Assembly (NCBI GenBank): GCA_964016885.1
Contig: OZ024740.1
Location: 206,708,001-206,772,000, forward strand
Direction: 5' to 3'
Origin: Eledone cirrhosa
Taxonomy: Eukaryota
Length of the DNA stretch: 64,000 nt
A model generated the notes under the pieces. It searched no databases. It had not been told where the DNA came from and saw only the letters and a program-made list of their open reading frames with translations. The position numbers were made by a program, and so were the translations under genes. This document shows positions 55,198 to 64,000 of this stretch, piece after piece. Every line of letters begins with the position of its first letter. Position 1 is the stretch's first letter.

Positions 55198-55954
55198 TAC
55201 ATAATGAAAGCTATACTCATTTCCACAAAGTGGGTGGGAGATCTCGCCGTCCGATGGGGAGAGTTGACAGGTCTGGCTATCTGCAGCAACAAAACATACA
55301 AGCCTAAACATTAGTAGTATTTCTTTTGAAGGGAATCGATATCATCGATTAAATTGACATCAGAACCTTAAAATATCCCTATTTTATGATTCCAGAGGAG
55401 CAGATTATGGAAGATGGCACTGAAGATATTGGAACACAAAACAACAAGTATTAACATTTTTCTTCTTTACTGTCTCTGTCATTTTTATGACAGCCTGAGA
55501 ACAACAACAACAACAACAACGACGACGACGGTGGTGACGGCGGCGGCGGCGGCAGCAGCAGCAACAACAACAACTGGGTTTGGCACGTGAAGACATATGA
55601 AAATCCTAAGACTTAACAAAATATTTTCTCACGAAGCTTGGAAAGCCATAAACAAGACCTTGCCACAAAAAAGAATTTCTTGACAACTGAATTCACTATG
55701 AAATAATATGTGGAATTATTGAATTTATTGTAGTTTGTAGTTTTATTTTATTTGGGGTGTGGTTAATAAAAACAATCTATTCTGTAATGTGAAAAGATTT
55801 AAGGGAAAGAAAATCATAATTTTCTGATTTAGAAAGAAGATTGTGGCGTTTAAAGGAGGTGACATGTTAATCAGGAACGCCCATGTTTTCATAGTTTCGT
55901 ATCTTATCTACCTGGTCCCATACATAAAATATTAGCTACTAACAATGATATCTA

Positions 55955-56154
55955 GTATAGGCACAAGGCCAGTAATTGGGGGAGGGGGGTCGATTAAATC
56001 GACCCCAGTACGTTACTGGTACTTTTATTTTATCGACCCCGTAAGGATGAAAGGCAAAGTTAACCTCAGTGGGATTTGAACTCAGACCGCAAAGGACCGT
56101 AACTCGCTACAAAGCATGGTGTCCGACTCTACTGATACTGCCAATCCACTGCCC
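55955..56154 (-). mobile_element. tRNA-derived SINE with TSD
   Basis: Family core; gctactaacaat at both flanks. Confidence 0.8.
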
Positions 56155-57355
56155 TATAATGGCTACTAACAATATCATGAAGCTTGAGATTTTTAGGGCG
56201 CCTGAAGCAGAGAGTTGATATTAACTGCTACAACTACATCAACAATTACAACTACAACAATAAAAATGACTACATAAACAATAAAAAACGACAACAACAA
56301 TTAAAACGATAACAACAATTACTACAACGAGTTGATAATAGGGATGGTGATTAAATGACAGAAATTGGCTATAATCTGGAATCACGTGTTTTTCCACATC
56401 GTACTGAACAGTTGAAAATGTGATATATTCTCCAACCAGTGACTTGGCAGTAAATCAAATCTTGATGCGCTGTAAATCATTCAATCTCGATGAATTTTCA
56501 AATATTTTTGTTTATAATCGAAAACGTGAGTTACAATTCAAGAGGATTCAGCTTCTAATAACAAACGCACACACACACGCGCGCGCACACACACACGCAC
56601 ACATCTAAACTATCATAAAGTAAGGAGTGCGGAACTGCATCCAGAATACATTTTTTTAATCCCGTTTGTAAAATAAGTTGGATTACTTTGAATAAATAAT
56701 GAATGAATATTACATAATTTATGTACTAAATTTCGTATTTATAAATAACTTAAAATTGACTTCTTTTCAAAGTTACAAATTTCTACACTTCCGGTATATC
56801 GTCGCCACCACCACCACTTCGACTACCATATATATAGAAAGAGAGAGTTTGTGATAAGAGAGATAGAGTGATTATAATTTTCTACACGCTGACGCGTATG
56901 ATTGTGCACATACATACATCTATATGTATGAGTATATAACTATAATCGCGCAAACACAAACTTATAAAAATACACCCTCACGGACATACATTCAGATAAA
57001 TACACATACTTTTACACAAACACACATTCACACATACATTTACACAAACACACACATACAGTCATGATAGCGTTCGGTGAATTGGAAATGGGAGGGTAAA
57101 ACAAGTATAACGTTTTATTTATTTATTAACAACACAGTTTAACTCTTTTAAAAAAAAACTCATTTGTATAACAATTTACTATAATGCTTATAGAACGAAA
57201 ACACAAACAAATATAATATATACAAAGGAAAAGGAAAAAAAGAAAGAGAAAAAATACACAAGCACGTAATACACACATCTTAGACCACATAGGCTGGATA
57301 ATGTAGTTAGCTAACAGAACACGGTAGCAAAAGAGTCACTAACTGTGACGTCCCA

Positions 57356-58474
57356 TCTATATATTAATTTGAATAACGTCAGTATTCCGTGTGTCATAAT
57401 TCTCGATTATCATTGGTTCATAGGTTTCAAACGACTCCGCCCACCTCAACGACGCCAAGCTTAAATTAATACGCATAATGCCAATGAGGGAGTGAGAGGG
57501 GAGAGTAAGAAACAGAGGCAAAGTGAAAGCTGTAACTATTACCATTTGTGCGTGTGTATGTACGTGCGCGTATGTTTGTGTGTGTGCGTGCGTGCAGCGT
57601 TCCACAGAAAGTAAAAACTATCAACATGTGTGAGTGTAAGGGCACGGGTGCGTGTGTAAGTTTGCGTGTGTGTGCGCGTTTCCATGCGTGTATGTGTGTG
57701 TACGTGGGGCGTTCCACAATCGCCACGCAGTTTATCTGTCTGTGTGCCTGTCTGTTAGTCTAACATACACAGAGTTGTGAAGGGAGTAAATAGGGACCTT
57801 TTTTTACATTGACAGACATCTTTTATATTTATTATTGTGTCATTTTTTGACAATTGTTCGAAATGAATACTGATAATAAAAGCAATTCGACTTTATCAAA
57901 CAGTGAACTACAGTGGCGACGGCGTGCAGCCAGGAATGAAGAAAAACGGGCCGAACAGCGCCATGGGAACGCCGAACTTCAGAGGCGAAGAAGTGCCGCC
58001 ATGAATGAAGAGGAGCTGGCTGAACAACGCAAACGAAACACTGGAGCCAAGCAGCGACAGCGTGCTGCGATGGTTGAAGACGAACTGGCTGAGCATCATC
58101 TTTTATATTAATTATCTATATCTATATCTACATATAATATAAAAGATTGGAACTTCCATCATCCTTTTGAGAAATGTGCAACAACCACGTCTATGCAATG
58201 ATACACGTTTTACAGTCAGGCAGAAGATGATCCATCTCCTAGAGTTCACTATTCTAGGTGGGAGCACCTTGAATTGTTCATATACTATGCACAAACGGCA
58301 AACGAAGAATCTGGTATACCTGGAAGATTTTTTTTTTACTGTTTTCTGTATCGCACAGACACCACGGACTCGCCTCATACTGTAACCAGACAAACATCCA
58401 ATACAGTCATTTTCTCTTTTACCTGTCTTCTCTTATCATCTGTTTACCCAGGCGAAGCTGGATACGTCAGCTAG
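57356..58474 (+). mobile_element. Non-autonomous Helitron
   Basis: A|TC start, subterminal hairpin ccag-gcgaag-ctgg, CTAG|T end; Pif1-like remnant LRNVQQPRLCNDTR at ~58165-58210. Confidence 0.75.
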
Positions 58475-58888
58475 TTCACACAAATACACATACTTTCACA
58501 CAAACACATACATACATTCACACAAACACACGTTCACACACATATATTTACACAAACACACACATACAGTCATTATAGCGTTCGGTGAATTGGAAATGGA
58601 AGGTTAAAAGTACAACTTTTTATTTATTTATTAACAGCGCAGTTTAACTCTTTTTTAAAAAAAACTCATTTGTATAAAAACTTAATATAATGATTACAGA
58701 ACGAAAACACTAACAATATAATATATACAAAGGAAAGTGAAAGGAAAAAAAGAAAGAGAAAAAAATACACAAGCACGTAATACATACATCTTAGACCCCA
58801 TAGAACAATATGCAGACGAACGAATGAAATAACGAGACGCTACCAGAACAAAAAATAGCAATGTAGCGAGGAGCACTGGGAAACCTCT

Positions 58889-59245
58889 CTAATAATTTTT
58901 GAGGCACGCCAGCACGTTCGCAGTGTTACCTGGGGTAATGGCGAGGCTGAGGTGCTGGAACAACCAAGTGCCCTCACGAGCATCACCAGTTACCTCTGTT
59001 TGGCGAGCCGCCAGTGAAGATAAGAACCTCGCTGTCGGTAGCCCGACTCCCCCAAACGTCTCGAACGCCACAGGCTGGATAATGTAGTTAGCTGACAGAA
59101 CACGGTATTTTAGGATGTTGTTCCGTTCAGCTGCGGATGCTGTAGCTCTCGCCCTTACCGCTGCATCCGGGATGTGGGAAGAAGCAAAAGAGTCACTAAC
59201 TGTGACATCCCAGGTAAGGCACCTGCCTCTTGACCAGGAGCACAG
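58889..59245 (-). pseudogene. CRE-clade LINE C-terminal endonuclease fragment
   Basis: WSRGRCLTWDVTVSD, PVAFETFGGVG, GTWLFQHLSLAI. Confidence 0.82.
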
Positions 59246-59285
59246 AAGGGCGGTTTTTCTGCTAGTATATATAATACACTGGTAT

Positions 59286-59620
59286 GGGGCGCATGGCTTA
59301 GTGGTTAGAGCGTCGGGTCTACAATCGTGAGGTTGTGAGTTCGATTGTCGGACCGGGATTTGCGTTGTGTTCTTGAGCAAGACACTTTATGTCACGTTGC
59401 TCCAGTTCTCTCTGCTGTAGAAATGAGTTGCGATGTCACTTGTGCCAAGCTGTATCAGCCATTGCCTTTCCCTTGGACAACAACGAGACGTGAAGAGGGG
59501 AGACTGGTATGCATGGGTAACTGTTGGTCTTCCACAAACAACCTTTCGCGGACTTGTGCCTCGGAGGGGAAATTTCTAGGTGTAAATACCATGGTCATTC
59601 GTGACCAGAGTAGGTCTTTA
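59286..59620 (+). mobile_element. tRNA-derived SINE, second family
   Basis: A box tggcttagtgg, B box gagttcgatt, gtgttcttgagcaagacactt domain. Confidence 0.82.
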
Positions 59621-59789
59621 CCTAATACACTGGCGTGCACCATGGACGGATTTAGTCAATTTAGTTGTAGTGCTTAGTTTAGCTCTTTGCACTCTAAAAT
59701 GGTCGGAAAACTTCGATATGCGATAAACATAAAATGTACATAAATTGTAGCGATATCCAAATAGATGTGTTTTAATAGTTTGGGGATAA

Positions 59790-62700
59790 ACTAGCAAAAC
59801 ACACACTACTACACGGAACTCTCTTCCAACCTCGCTCTCTATATCAATTACCACTTGATATAGACGTGATTTACTTTGCTCCGGATTTTTGCGGATTGTT
59901 GTAAAAAAGAACTGTGAGTTTATTGATCAATTTAATAACATTGTTTGGTTTAGCCCCTTGCCTTGGCCGTCAGACGTTAAGTTAACAAATTTTCGCCCCT
60001 TTTTGGGGCGAAATTTTCAATTTTCATCTAAAAACTGTAGACTTGGTGGCAATGGATGCCATTTCCACCTCGCACACTGTCGTGAGTGCCACGCCCACTA
60101 AGAAAAGTGGTGGAGGAAAGCTAGGAGTACAAAGCTTGCAGCCGTCCCCCCTCGTATCATCGAAAAACGTGGAAAATATCGAAACCGCGAAACCAAATCC
60201 GGCAAATAATACCAGCACCAACAACAAGAACAATGACAACAACACCACAACCAACAACTGCAACAATAGCAACACCAATATTACCAACAGTGACAGTAAC
60301 ACGAAAGACAACAACACCAAAACAACATTTGCACAGACCGTAAAAAAAACGAACTATACACGCCAATAGACATAACAAATGCTAAACAACTATTACAAGA
60401 CGCAAAACAATTCGTGACTTTTGGCGAAAACGGTGCTTTTAGCATCAATTCTCCACAGGAATTACGTAGAGAGGCTGTCCTGAAAACCACAGTTTTCAGG
60501 ACAATATCGAACGTAACAAGAAAACCAGCTCAATTATCACAAAATGAAATTGAGCTGGTTCTAAAAGACGCAATGAAGGACTTAACCTTCATACAAAAAG
60601 GTAAACTGTTTGGTAGCATTTCGGTGCTGATGAACAACCAGTCAACAGCTCAAAAGTACTCGATAGCACCCATTGTGTCCCCCCACTTCACCTTTTACCC
60701 CACATACAGGGGAAAAAGGACACAAAGAATAAAAATAATGAGTATCACACCAAATGTAAACATTTGGTGGATACTATGTGGAATAATAAACTTTGACGAA
60801 GACAAGATAATTTCAATAGGAAAGTCCTCCGGAGGTGTATTTGGTGGGACCAGCGTAGAAGTTCTGGTGCAAATGAGCCCAGAACGAATAGCGAATATCC
60901 CACAACGCGCGCCTCTGGACGGGCTAACTTATATAAACATTTCAGTGGAGGGAAGGTGGCCGTCATGTTACCACTGCTTAAGCAGGGGTCACCTGAGGGC
61001 TGCCTGTCCTCAATTAACGAGTAAAAAAAAAAAGGCTCTTCTGCCAACCCCGAATACAACAACACAACCACCACCACCACCACCACAACAACACGGAAAA
61101 ATAACAACACAAAACACTGTTCCACCCAACCCCTCCCCACCTAAAACAAATACAAAAGCAACCACAACAAAACCCAAAAATATACCCCTCCCCAACAACA
61201 CGGAAGAGGACTCCGTATCAACGTCACCCAGTGACGACGAGGGAGAATCCTTTCAACAGGCGAAAAGGAAAAAAAAAAGGCACCACATTAACAAAAATGC
61301 CACAAACACACAACCACCAGCACAAACAGAACAAACATCACAAATAAAAAACCCACCCCTCCCCAAAACATAACACGTACTATAAAACGCAAACACCCGC
61401 AAGAACAACAAACAAAAACAGACACAACACAACAAAAAATCTATACATACATTAACAAGAACAATAAAACGTTGATGAAAGCGATAGAAAATAACCCTTC
61501 GGTGGAAACCGAAGGGACCACTTTCACCTACGCAGCGAACAAACCGCACCTAATGATGATTAGGGTCCCAACGGAAACCTATGTAACTTTGAAAAAGAAC
61601 CATCCAATGCATGTGGGGACCAACTGCACCAAACCACATAACAGCGTCCTATTGAGATGTTTCCCCACCCCCACACCAGACACCCACACCCCACCAAACA
61701 CCCTAATCCCACCACACCCTGATGTCCTCACCCCACCACAAACTACCACCCCACCAAACAACCCTTCCAACACCCCCATGGAAATTGTGCAGCCTGGTCC
61801 CCAGGAGACGAAGAGGTAAGTAATTTCCTTTCCTCTTCCTTTTTACCTCTTCAGCACCAACATGGCCAATATAAGAGTTGGATGTGTGAATGCACGCGGC
61901 TTGGGGATGTCCTGGAAACAGGGCAAACTCTTAAATGACCTCAGGTCGCACAGAGTGGATGTAATGGTTATTTGCGAGTCCAGGATCAGCAGCGAGCGCC
62001 AACTGGCCCCCATCTTCGACGACTTTGAGATCTACGCATCTCTCTGTCAGCCGAGGGGTGGGGGTGGGGTTGTCGTTCTGCTGCGAAAATACCTGGGTCT
62101 TGCCACACAGAAGGTACACCTGGACCCGGAGGGTCGACTGGTGGTTTTAGACGTCGGCAGTGGTGAAGGTGGAGCTTTCAGGCTGGTGGCACCGCGACCG
62201 GACTTCTTCCGACGCCTGGAGAATTTCCTGGGAACGTCTCGCTCCTTGCTTTTAGTGGGGGACTGGAATGGTATCCTGGATGCACGTTGGGACTATGTAG
62301 GGGCATGTCCCGATAGAGGGGGTGTAACAGCCTCAAACGATTAATCGGCCGATTTGATCTGGCCGATAGATATCGACTGGATTTTCCGACTGTGCCACGG
62401 TGGACGTGGAGTAATCGCAGCGGAACATCCAGGTCGTACCTAGATAGGTTCCTAGTTAGAAATAAGGATAGGGACATATTAAGCTGTCCACGAATGTTCA
62501 TGGTTGACTATTCGGATCACAAGTTGTTGACCGGAGTGGTCAACCTTGATAGAACTCATAGACAAGGACCCGGTTACTGGAAGCTAAACTTGTCTTTACC
62601 GACAAACAAAGCTTACAGTAAGCGGATTAGCACACTAGTTAAGCAGCGTTTGACGGGGGCAATTGTCAACAACAGGTGGTGGGGCTCTCTCAAGAGAGAA

Positions 62701-64000
62701 ATTAGAATAGAATCGATAGGTCTTAGTCGGGAATTAGCATCAGATAGGAATAGAACTGAAAGGGAATTAACAAATAGAGTAGAAGAGGCGATTAGGAGTG
62801 GCAACGTGGCCGGCGTGCTGGCGTCAAGAACGGCCCTAGACCAGTTCCTTGATGCGAAGCACGAGGGCTGCGTTGTCAGGAGTAAAATACGTGCTCTGGG
62901 AAACAAGGGAGCCAAAGCTGTTAGCTGGGCCCGAGTGACAGAGGCAAAAAGTGGAAACAAGTCCACGATTCGGTCTTTGAAGGACCAGGATGGACGCGTG
63001 ATCCTTGAACCTGAGCGGATGAGCGCAGCCTTTCAACGGCGCTTTGCACGACTGTTCGGGAAGGGCGGCGGGCCGGGCGGGGCCATGGATTTCGGTCCAT
63101 ACCTCGACGGTCTGGCGCGGCTCTCGGACGGTGAGGCGAAGTTCTGCGAGAGGCCGATTTCAGCCGCTGAAATAGGGGAAGCGCTGAGCCAATGCGGCAA
63201 ACGCAAATCTCCGGGTCTCGATGGTCTACCATACGAACTTTATGTAGCGATGCCGGGCTTGTTCTCCGGTCTCCTCGAGGCGGTCTACTGCAACTGGCAA
63301 CAGAACGGGAGAATTCCCAGTTCTGTGACCAAGGGCGTAGTCACGCTGGTGAGGAAGGACGAGAACAAGGGGGATGACATAGATAACTTCAGGCCCATAA
63401 CTCTGCTAAACACAGAGTTAAAGATTTTGGCCAAGGTGTTAGCGAAGAGGTTGGCGCTTGTCGTCGGGAACCTGGTGGGAGAAGCGCAGACATGCGCAAT
63501 CCCGTCCAGGTCCATACACGACAACCTCCACCTCATGCGATACATCGTAGAGAGGGTAGGGAACGAACCCGGCTTTGGTGGGGCCCTGATCAACTTGGAT
63601 CAATCTAAAGCGTTCGATAGGGTTGACCATCGGTACCTGGATGCGGTGCTCGCGGCGGCAGGCTTCGGACCCGTTTTCAGGGGCTGGATTGCTGCAATGC
63701 ATAGCAGCAACACCTGCTCGAGGGTCAAGGTGAACGGCTACCTCTCGGAGCCGTTCCAAATCACGCGATCCATTCGACAGGGATGCCCTCTCTCCTCCCT
63801 CCTGTATGTGCTGGCTCTCGAGCCACTACTGAGGAAGCTGGAGCTGTTGCAGGGCATCCCCTTGGAACCGGGATTGCGGAAAGCGGTGTCAGCCTACGCC
63901 GATGACGTGACAGTAATGGTGTCGTGCGCCTCGGAAATCGGGCAGATCGGCACCTCACTGGAGGAATATGAAAGGTTCACAGGAGCCAAGCTGAACCGGG
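59790..64000 (+). mobile_element. Second, diverged Tx1-clade element, truncated by window end
   Basis: ORF1 pieces 60043-60369, 60414-61373 (CYHCLSRGHLRAAC), 61472-61819; ORF2 from 61862 with a small deletion and a frameshift near 62320, RT YADD near 63895. Confidence 0.92.

Noticed and set aside
57854-58111. 85-aa charged ORF as a host gene
   Set aside because: Lies inside the Helitron and resembles repetitive Helitron N-terminal sequence
59286-59360. tRNA gene
   Set aside because: A and B boxes run into a SINE body and no acceptor stem closes

Overview
Eukaryotic, repeat-saturated, non-genic window with no recognisable host exon. It is probably cephalopod/octopus, inferred from the tRNA-derived SINE family and the microsatellite load. 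Main contents: (1) a near full-length L1/Tx1-clade LINE with an intact ORF2, followed by three 5'-truncated copies and a 12-nt 3'-end stub, all co-oriented and joined to a (TCTA)n/(GATA)n microsatellite, plus a second diverged Tx1 running off the right edge; (2) three coding Penelope-like elements (PLEs) and many non-coding hairpin-shaped PLE remnants in (TA)n, carrying about a dozen type I hammerhead ribozyme motifs, including U3-A8 core variants and a retrozyme-like 593-nt direct-repeat unit; (3) two non-autonomous LTR elements and a solo LTR with 4-bp TSDs; (4) CRE, RTE and CR1 LINE fragments, a non-autonomous Helitron, MITEs, about 18 SINEs and several minisatellites. All calls come from manual reading; coordinates of degenerate fragments are approximate.
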